64,000 bases of DNA from Podospora anserina (lineage: Eukaryota), in NCBI GenBank assembly GCA_017654855.1, contig CM030333.1, positions 3,472,001 to 3,536,000 on the forward strand, given 5' to 3'. The notes under the pieces are model-generated. The model worked only from the letters and a program-made list of their open reading frames with translations. It made no database searches and had not been told where the DNA came from. Both the position numbers and the translations under genes were made by a program. Positions 47,096-60,029 of this stretch are shown piece by piece. Position 1 is the first letter of the stretch. Every line of letters begins with the position of its first letter.

Positions 47096-49527
47096 CTGGT
47101 GAGGGGGTTAGTAAGTGGTTTCTTCAAGGGGAGGCGGGTCAAGGTCGTTGTGAATGTCTCTGTCTGTCTAATCGGCGTGTTGGCGGGTACTCGTGGAGGG
47201 GATGAGGGAGAATCAGCATGGCATATGGGGGGATGAGTGGCCCTAAGACAGCGATGATCTCAAACTGTTCATCGTGGACAGTCAGATAGCTCAAGGCTTG
47301 AAGTGGGGCTCAGCTCATGTAAGCCCATAGGGAGATGCAGTTAAGGGGGATCAATGTTGTCTGTAAGTACACAGAAGGGTGTCATCAAAAGATGATTTGT
47401 TACCTACCATTGGACCCGACAAGCTGGGCTACAGGCCGTGTGGGAAATTCAGACATATTTCTTGATATCCAGATGTTCTTCAGTCCCTTGGCGTGAACCT
47501 CCACCACCAGTCGCCCCCCAAGCCGCTATCACTCCCTCCGAAGCGCAAACCAGACGATGTGTAATACTAAAGAAGCTGCCACTTTTGTTTTATAAAAAAT
47601 ATGCTGGTGTGGTATCCAACCAAGGGCGCCGTTCTCTTCGGTATGTTGACTTGGTTTGGGTTTAGTGATGATACGATTGAGCAGGCCTTGCAAGCGATTA
47701 CAGAGCTTTCGTTTGTAAACACATCCGGAGCGGTATAGACGGGTTTGTGTTCATCAGCCGGATGACTACTGCAGAGACAGTTTACCGAATGAGTGGGTGA
47801 GATGGTGGTGTGTGTGGTACAAGTCAACATGTGAGGTCGTTGTGGGACCCCCACTTTTCTGTGAACTGAGCGCGGTTGAAAGTGGGGCCGTTCAGCTCTC
47901 TTTGGCTTGTTTCTTGGCCCGTGAGATTTCGGAATTCGGAGGTCAACGGCAGTGTACTACACTAAGTATTTGCTGTGGTCAGACAAGTCCCGTCCCTTGT
48001 CAGATCCTAATTGGACTTGGAACCAATCATTCTATCGAATACATCAACTTGCAATTGAGAACTAGCCAACTCTAGTGTCAGCTATGCAGCGCTTATCATC
48101 GATAATAACTCGACTTCAGCCTGCTCAAACCTTTGACTTCCAATTCCTATAAACCTGGAAGTCCTTGCATCAGAAGTTGAGAAAGGGAAAGAACGATCAG
48201 CTTGTTTGTCTCTTTCCAATCTCTGGGAAGGAACTCTCCGGATGGGACATGTCCCGGTCGGTACCTCCACTTTCAAAGGATCAGATTTAGAAACCCCCCT
48301 CCGAGTGGGTGAATTTACGATAAGGTGATACCCAACAGATCAATCAAGTACCACCCCTTTTTTGGCTTTCTGCCGATATGCATTCTGCGTGTTCCATGCA
48401 TGGCGCATACATCTCAGGCATACCGCTGTGGGTCTTTCCACTGGCATCTATCAACCGGCACCGGTACTATGGATCCTATCAGCAGAGTCTGTCAAGAACA
48501 TAACATGCAACAGCATGGCACACTCTCTACTAGCGTCAATACAACACGGTGACACAACCTTATCGCTCCCCTACTATCGATCATCTATTTACATATACTT
48601 CCACTTCTTGGCTTTCTTGGTCCTTTTGCCCTCCAAATTGTCCGATCCTGGGATTTCTGCATCATCCATGCTTCCTATCTGGGTAGGTGCATTGTCAGAT
48701 TCTGTCACCGCCTCGAACTCGTTACTGACATTTTTTTCTCTTCAGGGGCGTCAATGTCACCCCACGACTGCCCTGCTGCCGTGATCCTGAAATACAGTCA
48801 AAAGAAGCCCCCGCTAGTGGAGGCTAGCGCCTGCCCACCAACCCACGATGTCGCAGAGCAGACCACCTAAGACCGCAAGCGAACAGTCTCGCCCGCTTTC
48901 CACCCGCTAGTTATGGGCCTGAATGTAACGGCAAACCGTTGCTCAGCACTAAGGCCCGTTGTACATTATCATCACAACAGGCAGCAAGATACCGGCCAGT
49001 CGGCTTTGACGTTTGTGGCTGTAGCCATGGTGCGATTTGACAAGACGATGACAACCGCATTTTTCACCTTAACCGAGTATGCCATAAACACTAGTTTGGT
49101 AGCTAAGTGTCCTTATCGGTTTCGCCTCAAAGATACCTCGCAGTCTCGGCACTTACAACGCCCCTGCATTACATGCTTTGAATTCCTGACTTGTCTCGAA
49201 CCGAGGCCTACGCTCTATCACTCGCAGGAATAAACCATCCGTCAGACATGCATCTTGAGACAGACGCACAGAATCGAAGATCGACTCCTGCAGCGATGAG
49301 AAGCCCCTGTCTATTCCCAACCAAACTATCAGGATTCAGGGGTGTGCTTCCTGCTTATTCCCCGACTCATGGGATGCTTCCCGGTTGTATATAAGATGGC
49401 TTGAGCAGCGTTGCTCTGGAATGCTGTTTGTCGCATGACAACTCTGCTTGGTTGATTTGCTTTCTCCCAAATCATCGTTCTGGTCTGACATAATCACCTC
49501 TATCCACGCTGCCGTGTCTCCTATACA

Positions 49528-51217
49528 ATGGCTCGCCAATATGACAACATCATATTTGACTTGGGCGATGTGTTATTCCATTGGGATGCAAGCACTGTTA
49601 CTGCCCTTCCAAAGAAAACCATCCGCGCCATGATGAATACCACCATCTGGCTAGATTATGAGCGGGGCTTCTTGTCGCCGGGGCAGGCACACAAGGTATG
49701 TAGGTTCTCTTTCACCCTCAAGATGCATGAACAATGCTAACTCCGGACCTCAGCTGTTGGCTACCGAGCTAAAGACCACACCAGAGCTAGTGGCCGAGTC
49801 ACTTGAGCAAGCTCAGTTGACACTCCGCCCTGATGCTGAGATGACAGATCTGATCCTGAAGCTCGCAGCAGCACGCACAAGATCGGGGCAAGCCAAGGTT
49901 AGGATTCTTGGTCTCTCGAATATTGCCAAAGACCACTTCATCGGCATTCAAAAGATCCAATTCCCGTGGCATCTCTTTGATCGCATCTTTACTTCCTGCG
50001 ACACGGGAATGCGCAAGCCAGACTTGTGCATCTACCAGCACCTGATCAAGGAGACTGGGATCGACCCTGCTCGGACTATTTTCCTTGATGACCGTGTTGA
50101 GAACATTTTTGCGGCTCGTAGTCTCGGTTTGAGAGGCGAGGTGGTCGGTCGTCTGGGACCCGAAAGGTCGCAGTTAGTTCGTCTTCTTACGAACCTCTTA
50201 CTGCCTGACGACACTATAATTCGCGCCGAGGGGTTCTTGAGGTCCCGAGCGGGTAACCACCTCTCTGAGTTCGAAGGGAAGGACGTGTCTTTCCGCGACA
50301 ACTTTTCGCAGCTTCTTCTATGGGAGCTCACGGGAATGGAAGAGCTTGTGTATCTCACCTGGCCAAGCCGTCCATCACCTGAGGTATCTTCAGCTTCGTC
50401 ACCGGTCGATACCATTTCCAATCCAGACTCCGCCGTGGAGCTACTCCTAGACGAGAGCCCCTCTAGCTCGTCCCAAAAAGTTAAACCCGCCACCACCTCG
50501 TCCCCGTTCTGGAATTACTTCTCCTCCCAACCAGTCCTCACAACCAACACGTTCCCCGCCGACGCAGATACCACGTCGATCGCTTACCTCAGCCTGCCAG
50601 AACAGCACCTCTCTTCGGTGGTGCCGCCATCAGAAGCCATGGCCGCCATGGCAGCCAACACGAGCGCCGATGGTATCATCCAAGTCTACTTTAGCTCTTC
50701 CCGTCCGCACACCTGCCCTGTAGTCTGCGTTAATGTCCTTCGGTTCTTTAACAAGTTTTCTTCTACTCCCGTTGAAACCGACGATCGCCTCAAGCCCACT
50801 GTTGACTTTGTCATCAACTCGCTTGCTAACAGGGCGTATGTTCACGGCAGCAGGTACTACGTCCCAGAGGCGTTTTTGTATTTTGCCGCGCTGTTCTACA
50901 ATGAGTGCAAGGGGAGTTCACCTGGTTTGTGGGGGAGGTTGGATGAGCATATGAAGGGGGCTTTGTTGGAAAGGTTGAGGGTATCGGCTGCGGGGAATAC
51001 GGCTGCGCTGGCGATGAGGGTGAGGGCTTGCCAGGTTGTTGGGTTGGGGAGGGAGGTGGCGAGGGGGGATTTTGAGGAACTGTTGGGGTTGCAGAGGGGG
51101 GAGGATGGGGGGTGGCCGGCAGGGTGGTTTTGCAGGATGGGGAGGACGGGGGATGCGATTGGGAATAGGGGGTTGACTACGGGGATGGTTTGGAGGGTTT
51201 TGAGGGATTGGTCGTGA
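49528..51217 (+). CDS. HAD-like phosphatase fused to class II terpene cyclase domain (AstC/drimenol-synthase-like); intron 49696-49753
   Basis: HAD motifs IIFDLGDVL, GMRKPD and FLDDRVEN. The cyclase half has FRDNFSQLL, WNYF, FPADADTTS (DxDTT), HGSRYY and the QW-like QRGEDGGW. Confidence 0.88.
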
Positions 51218-51681
51218 TTTTGGAGGACAGAGGCTCCAGTTGGGTGGGGGAAGTTGGGCTTGTGAGTAGGGGGTAAGTAAACAATGATGGAGGTGTTGGC
51301 CGGGGAACGCGAAAAGGGGCTTCAACTAGGCACATCAAACTGTTTATATTGGAAGAGAATTTAGAGAAAATCATTTTTCCATCCATATTTCGTTCTTTTC
51401 GAATGATATACATAATTCCATGGTGTTTCCATGTCTTGTACCTATGGGGAAGCCCAATTTAAAGTGTTTGTATTGCTACAGGTAAGCTCAGTAATGACGC
51501 TTTTGGGCTGTGTACCACCTTTGTGCTCCCAACCAAACTGCATAGGTACCTTAGATAGCCACGCAAAAACTCTCGCGCTGCATGATCTCATAATGCTCTT
51601 CTTTTTTCACGACAAATATTCCCTGATAACCCATACCGCCACCTATCAATTTCAGCAGTCACGCCTTCCATCACCAACAAT

Positions 51682-51984
51682 ATGCCCACCAAAATCTTCT
51701 CCATCTCCGCCCTTATCGGCATGGTCATATCGGCAGCCAACCCGCCAGATCCCTCACGCGAGTTCGAACTGCTCCAAGCCCGCCAACCAGAAGAAGCGCC
51801 CAAACTGGCCAAGTCAGGAACAGGGATGAAAAGTTGCGTTAGGAAGGTATCTGGATCGTGCCTTGAAGCTGTAGCCACAATATCCCCATTAGTTATGGCA
51901 GTATCAAATAAAAGAGAACGAATGAATCCTCCAGCCAGGCTACACTGCTTTGTGGCTGCTAATTGTGTATCCTCGGGCGTCTAA
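51682..51984 (+). CDS. Possible small secreted protein (100 aa, 4 Cys); structure uncertain
   Basis: Signal-like MPTKIFSISALIGMVISA, propeptide-like ELLQAR, good start context; no recognised family. Confidence 0.4.
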   Translation: MPTKIFSISALIGMVISAANPPDPSREFELLQARQPEEAPKLAKSGTGMKSCVRKVSGSCLEAVATISPLVMAVSNKRERMNPPARLHCFVAANCVSSGV

Positions 51985-52051
51985 GGTAGATACTGATGGT
52001 GAATGCCAAGACTTGGTGATGGGGTCATGTGGAGCTCAAAAATGAGCAAAA

Positions 52052-52170
52052 ACATACAACACCAGGGATTCCCCAGTGGTCACCCACCTGAGTACTAGTC
52101 TGGCCCTTGGCAGCTTATCTAGGGGAGAGCGGACGGGATCCCGAGCTTTCTGCCAGGTATGGTCGTATGT
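52052..52170 (-). rRNA. Dispersed 5S rRNA gene (119 nt)
   Basis: ACATACGACCATACC...GATCCCGTCCGCTCTCCC...TAGTAC...GGGTGACCACTGGGGAATCCCTGGTGTTGTATGT followed by an oligo-T terminator; TATAA at about -29. Confidence 0.97.
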
Positions 52171-52327
52171 GACAATTGTGGCTGGAGTTAGAGTTTATAC
52201 AACAACAATGGTTTGTGCCTGGCCGATATGAAATGTGATGGCCGAAGTTTGAGGGGAACGTACAGCGTTCTGTTTCATGTCGAGGATTCCTCGCTGATCC
52301 TATCTCTTCTAAATCTGCTCATGATTC

Positions 52328-52450
52328 ATGAACTTTGAACTTGTCGCCCTGGTTGTTGCCGCCCTCGTTCTAGGCGCTAAAATTGACCCTCACGCCTGCC
52401 CTGGTTGCTATGCCCGACACAGTAACCCGCCCTTTGAATACATGCCATGA
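52328..52450 (+). other. 40-codon ORF with signal peptide and CxxC; possible first exon or relic of a secreted peptide
   Basis: MNFELVALVVAALVLGAKIDPHACPGCYARHS; possible GTAACC donor near the end. Confidence 0.3.
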
Positions 52451-53137
52451 TATCCGTTTGAAATTGTGTTCCAATCACGATTCTCTCATAATTTTAGTGC
52501 TGAGTCCCTGAGTTGGTGTACCTACAGTACCAGAGACAAATTTGACATCTACCTCAAGCTACCAATCCTAAGTATCAATGATCCTATCATCTATCCCCAA
52601 TCAAGAAACCACTTACTTCTTCGTGCAAGCCCAAAAAAAAGTGCGGTTTGTCCAAATCCCCCGCTAGGACTTACGCAAAAGATACAGACTCAGATTCAAT
52701 ATGCGTGCCCCTTGCCAGACCTCCAAAGACCAAACCTGATGTCATTCGCAACAAGTTGTTTGGGCATTCTTTGCAGGATTTCATCACCGTCATGTTTCTT
52801 TTACTTGCCCCAGTGCTCCCTTTACCGCGCAGACCTCAGCTACCAAGGTGATGTCATGAAAGCTTAGGGGGAAGGGTGTCCTCCACCTCTCCCGCCTGCC
52901 TTCCAAGTGCCCACAGTCCCTTCCTCCCATGACAACCTCAGTACATCGGCCTATCCCCGTTCCATCCTACCCCCAGAACGAGCCAAGCACACCATTTAAG
53001 CCCAATCAAAGCCGCTTGGTACCATAGAAAGCGGGCAGATGGTGTAATGCGCCAATGATGACCAAAAATAATCCATTCATTCTAATGGGATGAGGGTTCA
53101 GTCTCAAGTCAGACAAATTCTTAGAATGAATACGGCA

Positions 53138-53195
53138 CTGGGGAATTGAGGCGCTGGGGAATTGAGGGCCTGGGGGATTGTTGGACTGGGGGTTT
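53138..53195. repeat. 16-bp tandem repeat x~3.6 (CTGGGGAATTGAGGNN) with four G-tracts
   Basis: Units start at 53138, 53154, 53170 and 53186. Confidence 0.8.
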
Positions 53196-53992
53196 ATAAC
53201 TCAATGAAACATCTCAAGAAAGAAACATTGTTTCTTATGATGAGAAAAACAAAGGTTTAAGTTCTGAGACGCATTCTTTTTAATAAACCACGGGAAGCAT
53301 AGGGTTTGTGATGGAAACGTACCTTTGATGATTTTGTCCCTGCGGGGAAAAAAAAGAAATGGCAGAGTAAGACAGAAATTTATACTGCATTGGACCTGTG
53401 ATAAAGTTTGCTCAATTGTGTTTAAGCTTCATGACGCGAAATGGCGGTGGCAATCCGGCTTGCGCATGTTAAGCGCCTTGCAGCTGTTATCAGTCAGCCT
53501 CACGATGCTGAGGATATAAGCTTCTTAGACTATATGTTGATGTTGGGACGTACGAACACCTTGTCGAGTCTCTTGCTGGGCCCCAATGGATCCCATGTTT
53601 CTTGTATAGACATATTTCTATATGGATATATTGTCCCCTGTGAATATAATTGAATAATATCCATGAATGAATTGTTAATAAGCATTGAATCCAATAATTT
53701 ACACTTTAACAGTAATTTAACAATGAAAAGATGAAAGCACATGATTCACCTGTTATCATCAGACCGGCTGCTCGAATCCACTGACGGGACTTGAGCTGAG
53801 TTTTGTGGGTGGCGACATATCTGAAAACATTGGGGCGGTTGTTCAAGGATGGGTACCTCAGGTACCTCCTGAGGTTCAGGCAGGACACTTTAAGTTCCGA
53901 TCGATGCCACCGAAATTGGGTAGAAGACCAACAATTTCACATCCGTGAGGGTGCTCTCTCCCATCTTCCTTACTTGCCGAAACAGTACATTC

Positions 53993-54744
53993 ATGACCCC
54001 TGACGTTCGCCATGTGCAGCATCAAAACTTTATCCTATTCTTTTCTCTCGTGTTTTCGCCATGCAGTGGACAGCCTTCGCCAAGTATCGTTCAACTGGAT
54101 CTTGTCTTCCCCAGAAATCAGTCGACATACCAGCCCACATACCTCTTTCTGTGGTATTCGCCATCCACAACCCTAGCGTTCTCTGGCCCATCCACTGGAT
54201 GTTTACATGGCCGCTTCAGTCACTAACGCCAACTGCGAATGGAACTGATCTTGGCTCAGTCGACGAAAGTGAGATTTTTGGGTGGGGCGATCCTGGGAAC
54301 TACCAAAGCATCGCGTCAGACCCTTGGCTGCTCATTCCCGGCGTAAAGAATCTGGTCAACTCAACCTCGTCACAGTTCCTCCTAATAGTCCCCCTGACAA
54401 TCAGCCATATTTGTGAACCCAGCGAATCACAGATTCCTCCAGGGGCCAAGGGGTGGAGCCGCTCAGTCGACAACGTCATCTTCTTCAACCTCTCGAGGAA
54501 CGGCATCTTACCGGACGTTGAGCGTGCGGGATCTTGCCCTTTGCCAGTTGGTTCCATGAGCTTCTATACAGTGGTAAAATACCCCTGCCCAGTGCAGCCG
54601 GAACTTTCACCCGTCAAGGACTGCGCCTACAAGATCGACCCAAGCACACATTCAAGAGTGGAGGAAAGCATGCTCGTGAGTTTCTCGTGTAAAGGCACGG
54701 GGATTTCCTGTCCCAACACCACTGGACTTGTCGGGCCGTGTTGA
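53993..54744 (+). pseudogene. Frameshifted secreted Cys-containing protein (DUF7136-like)
   Basis: A signal peptide and VQLDLVFPRNQSTYQPTY lie in one frame, continuing as VVFAIHNP in another, with the shift at ~54145. The [EQ]xDLxFPRNxTYxP..VFAxxN signature is recalled for this family. Confidence 0.6.
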
Positions 54745-54975
54745 AAGAGCTCGACTGCTTTCCGAGGCACATGGACTGAAAGATGGTTGGAGGACATTGT
54801 TCGGGGCCGGTGGGGTGGGGATGTTTGGGCTGTTACTTGAACGCCACCATGTAAAACAGACCCTCCTGCCTGCAGCTTCGGCTTAGAGTTTCGTTTGTGG
54901 GTCGCTGTGGCTTTCATATATTGTGAAGCAGCCCCTCTTTTGTGCAGCTTCAAATTTCACAAGGTGCCTGCCTCG

Positions 54976-55027
54976 TTCTCATCAGTCATTCTCATCAGTC
55001 ATTCTCATCAGCCATTCTCATCAGTCA
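54976..55027. repeat. 13-bp tandem repeat x4 (TTCTCATCAGTCA)
   Basis: Four consecutive units, one with a T>C substitution. Confidence 0.9.
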
Positions 55028-55547
55028 CGTTTCTTGATTTGGAAGCTGGGAACGCCACACAAACAAAACTCCACACGATCTTCTTCTGCTTTACGAGATG
55101 TTGGATTGTCTCGACCGGTGAAAGGGGGGATCAATGGTCCTGTTCATTCCCAAACACCGAGAAAAAATGTGAATAGTGGACACGTCCAGAGGCATGAAGA
55201 TGGACAAGTCTGAGCCTCGGGGAATTAGTTGGCATGTCAGGCGGAACGGAGCCCCTTTCTGGAGCTCTCTGCCATGGACATCGAGGAACCTCGTCCCGAG
55301 GAGCTACCGAGAATGAATGTCGTCCGAACGCCAACCGCCTCTCGAAAGAGGATGAACGTTCAGTAAACAAGAAACCGAGGTATCCATCAATGTCATTGCA
55401 CAATGGTATTCGATGGCCTTTGCTCAGGAGTTCCTTCAAAAGACGGTACTCGCCAGCTTTCAGCATCGTAGTGTCCAGACATTCGATGCCATGGATATCA
55501 CAAAGACTACCTGACACTTTCGGAAACCCAACGACAGGGACCTCAAT

Positions 55548-58500
55548 ATGGCTGTTTTCTATCTTATTTGCCTACTTCTTTTCCAACCAGCGGCATCTCA
55601 AAGCCTAAAGAGCCTTGCCGGGTACTTTTCTTCTCTTTCGTTGATCAAATGCCCTGTTCGCTGTGACGACTCCGGTTCCTCCCAGAATTGGACTCGTTAC
55701 CACGCCGTGGATCAGCTTACGACTTGCGACAAGCCACCACATCTCAGCTTTGCGTTCAGCTCACCAAGCCCCAACGTTGACAATCAGGACAATATCACCA
55801 CACCTTTCGTGGTCCTCAGTCGCTCCACCAATAAAGGGCACTTGGTCCTTGATGAGCAGTCGAAGGTGTTCGACAGCTTGACCAAAAAAGGCACCAAGAA
55901 CAGCACCGCCAACATCGAGGTATTCTCAGAATCTGTTTCGGACCTTCAAATTCCTGGCCAGAAGTTCGCAGTCATCAGAGAGATCCAGGCATCTCTTCTC
56001 TTCAACACCAGCGCAGCAACGGAGCAATTTGACGGCAGCATTAGACTTGTGGTCAATTATGGAGACACCACATTGGGTGTGTATATTGGGGGAGGACTTG
56101 ACATGAAGGGGGTGGCTCTCTTCCAGCTAGAAGAGTTCATAGCTCTCGTCCAGGACCGCGACGACAACACATTGACTGGTCTCCAGCTTTGTGGGGCTAA
56201 CCGCACCGCACAATACACCATGGGAGTCTTTCTCGACACCACCGCTGATGTGGCACTGAGGCTCTTCAGGGTACAGCATGCACTCGAGGCCTGGTCCTTG
56301 TCGCATTGTGTCGTGGGACTTGGTCAACGGGAGTCACTCAAGCCTTCCACATTTTGGCTGCGTGAGCCCAGTAGAACAGCCCTTCTCAATGGTACCAACA
56401 GCATCGGCAACTGGACGACGCCCGTTTCACCATTCAATCGCGCTATGGCAAAGACATCATCTCATGTGGCCGAGTGCCGGACGATCCAAGTTGCCTCCGG
56501 CGATAGCTGCGTATCTCTGGCCCAAAAGTGCGGGCTGAAGAACGCCAACGACATCACCAAGTTCAAATCCACAGAAGCACTTTTGTGCCACACTCCGTCC
56601 AAGTCAGCACATTTGCTGCTCGGCTGGTACACTGCCCGACGTTCGACCAAAGCCTACGCCTGATGGGACCTGCGCTTATTACATTGTCAAGAACGGAGAT
56701 TTTTGCAACAAGATAGCTGCTGCCAGTGGCTTGACGGTCCAGGAGCTGGAGAAGGTTAATGAGAACACATGGGGCTGGAATGGCTGTGACAAGTTATATG
56801 TCGGCAACACCCTCTGCCTCAGCAAAGGAAACCCACCACTTTCCGCTCCGGTCCCAAACGCCATCTGTGGACCACAAAAGCCGGGAACCACCTGACCACC
56901 GCCGGGGACAGATCTTGCGTCTCTCAATCCATGCCCGCTCAATGCCTGCTGCACTGTCTGGGGTCAATGTGGCACGACAGCCGAGTTCTGCACCGTCAAA
57001 GGTGCCCCATTCGGTACTCCTATCAAGCCGTGAAGGGTCGGGTGCATCTCCAACTGTGGGATGAAGGTCATCAACAATGCTTCCCCTCCGTCAGAGTTCA
57101 AGAGGATAGGCTACTTTGAAGCCTGGAGCTCGGCTAACAAAAAGGAGCGGCCTTGCCTGTTTATGGATGCCACCCAGCTTCCGACAGGATACACACATGT
57201 GCATTTTGCCTTTGGGGAGGTATCCTCCAACTTTGCCGTGGGTGTCAGCAAACTCAAAAACCAGTTCGACAAGTTTGTGAAGATGAGAGGCTTCAAGAGA
57301 ATCATTGCCTTCTGTGGATGGACAGCGTCTACTGACCCAAGCTCATTTTGGATTTCTCGAGAAGGCGTCAAACCGGGCAACAGGGAGATTTTGGCCACCA
57401 ACATCGCCAAGTTCGTCATGGACCATGATTTGGATGGCGTGGATCTCGATTGGGAGTATCCAGGTGCGCCAGATCTCCCTGATATTCCTAGTGCCGACCC
57501 GCTCGATGGACTGGCATATCTGGAACTCCTGAAGTTGTTGAGACAGAAGCTTCCGTGGTGAGTGAGATATTTAGCTGGCCATGTCTCTTTTTCCGTCGGC
57601 CACTAACACCGGTTTCAGGACAATACTTGGCGATCGCTGCTCCCGCTTCCTACTGGTATCTCAAGTAGTTTCCAATTGGGGAGATCAGCAAGGTCGTCGA
57701 TTACATTGTGTACATGACTTACGACTTGCATGGCCGTGAGTTTTCGATCTGTTTTCCATCGTATAGAAGCAGCCGCTGACTTTGATCCTAGAATGGGACT
57801 TTGACAGTCCTTGGTCCTCTCCAGGCTGCCCAGCAGGCAACTGTCTTCGCTCACACATCAACAGGACGGAAACCCTCAATGCACTTTCCATGGTCACCAA
57901 AACTGGCGTCTCATCAACCAAGCTCATCATCGGCATTACCAGCTATGGTCGGTCTTTTCGGATGGTCGACCCATCCTGCACCGGTCCTATGTGTACATTT
58001 ACCGGGGCACTCTCCGGAGCAAAACCTGGACGTTGCACACGCACCGCCGGATATCTCGCCAATACAGAGATTCAGGAGATTTTGCATTACGACAAGTCAT
58101 CACGCACCTATTACGATGAAGGCATCATGAGTGACATTCTGGTGTACGGATCTGACTGGGTTGCCGACATGAACAACAACAACAAAGGGCGTCGGGAGGC
58201 TCTGTGGAAGTCAATGAACTTTGGCGGCGTCTCAGACTGGGCGATCGGCCTTGCCGAGTTTTTACCCAATGATGTCTCTCAGGTTCCGTCACTGTCAATG
58301 GAGGAGATCAAGGAAGACTGGGCCAACATCACCTGCAAACACCCCTACGCGAGGAACAGCAGCTACAGGCAGTCCGACCGTTGGAAAACCCTCAAGGTTG
58401 ATGAGGCTTGGAAGCATGTTGTTGGTAAGTGGGACGCTTGCGCAAAGTCTGGCATGCCTTTCCCTGTTTTTGTGAGCCGTCTTCTCAACGGTCCCGATGG

Positions 58501-59845
58501 CATGTACTGCGGCTCGATATCCTCCACAAACAACTGCCTTGCAACAGTCGAATGCAGTGACGAATCCGAACGCCGGCCGGCAGCAGCTCTCCTTTTGAGT
58601 TCATTTGTGAAGCTTGCTGGGATCTATTACGAGCTGTACGATGGAATCCAAGCAGCTCAGGTCAATCTTATCACGACACTGTCCAAGTTCTCGAGCACTT
58701 TTGCACCAGAACAAAAGGCGGACGAGTCTTTGACCATGACTTTGAATATCTTGAGCGCTGGCTTCGGTGTGCTGGCAGGCCCAGTCTTTGCGAAGGCTTT
58801 CTCGTCTGGAAATTTCTTCTCTCAGAATCCTGGTATTGGAGAGAAGCTGGAGTCGGCAGTGATGAAGGGCATAGAGTTTGGCCTGGCTGAGGCTAAGGAA
58901 TACGCCAAAAAAAAAAACCCCTGTAGGTCTCGTCCTTTTCCCCATGTCCTTTTATCCTACACATCAGACAGTTAGACCTTAACACTTCGGCTGTAGAAAC
59001 GAGCCCGTGACGGAGGATCTCGCATCGCAGTTCAACTGGATTGTGATGAGTTGGAAAGAAATTGTCGACATTACACAACACCAAGCCTTCTCTAAGACGA
59101 AAGATGGAGTTAGCTATCTCAGCAGCATGATGAGCAACGGCAAGCTGCTCAAGGTCGAGCCGATGAACAGGTTTGACACGGAATCCACCATGGTCAAAGT
59201 CCTGTACGCCTTCCTGATTCCGCATGTCTGGCATCTCCGAGCCTACAGCCCTGTTCTCATCCACGCCGAGTGGGACTGCCAAAAGGTTGGGGTCGACAAG
59301 TTCATATGGCTCCAGTCCGGCGACAAGGATGTGGCCAACATGTGCATCAACAACCCGTCAGCACTACTTTCTTTTCCCTGGAGGTCCAACGATGATAGAC
59401 CACAACTGGGGCAACTGGGGTGGAGGTTCGGAGCCGAATCGAATGCCGGTCTTGCCAGGCACAGAGACTCTCGGGTCTCCATTGATGGATGGGCAAAACG
59501 ATCTCATGTGGGGATGGATCACGCAGATGGACATTGCAAGAAGGTACGTCATTTCACAAACATGTTGACCCCGAGCACGACTGCATGAGTACCCGCTGAC
59601 AGCTTGACGGTGTCTTGAAGCGCCACGCCAAGTGGGGAAACAAAGGCTTCGACAAGCTTCCGGATCTCTTCAATGGGGAACACCGGAATAACTTGATCGA
59701 GGAGGTCACAAACGGCGATGTCAAGCTTCTGCCGGGGATCATGAACATCCCCATGTGTGACCCTCAAACAGTCTTTGACAACTAAAAGAAGCGGACAGCC
59801 GGCCAAAAGACGGATTGGGCATCGTTTCCTTGTGACGAAGAGTAG
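55548..59845 (+). pseudogene. Subgroup C (killer-toxin alpha-like) chitinase pseudogene: signal peptide, 2 LysM, CBM18, GH18, long C-terminal region
   Basis: LysM CRTIQVASGDSCVSLAQKCG and CAYYIVKNGDFCNKIA; CBM18 CPLNACCTVWGQCG; GH18 KRIGYFEAW, DGVDLDWEYPG, YMTYDLHG, CLRSHIN, FGGVSDWA. Lesions: frameshift ~56566, stops at 56893, 57031, 57666 and 59783, plus further shifts. Confidence 0.9.
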
Positions 59846-60029
59846 CCTCGGTGCGTGTGCCACTGTTTTCAGTCCACTGCCGCCGCTCTGGCATCTGTTT
59901 TTCTAGGGCGGCTTCATTCAAGACAACCGGGTGTGGATGAGCAGGGCGGCGGGCATTTGGGCCGGGCTGTGATGCTTTGGGAGTTTTTTGGGTAAGGTAT
60001 ATCATGGTTGGATTGTTACACTCGCTTAA

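Noticed and set aside
55131-55517. 128-aa minus-strand ORF just upstream of the chitinase
   Set aside because: Non-ATG start and no recognisable motif; at most a fragment.
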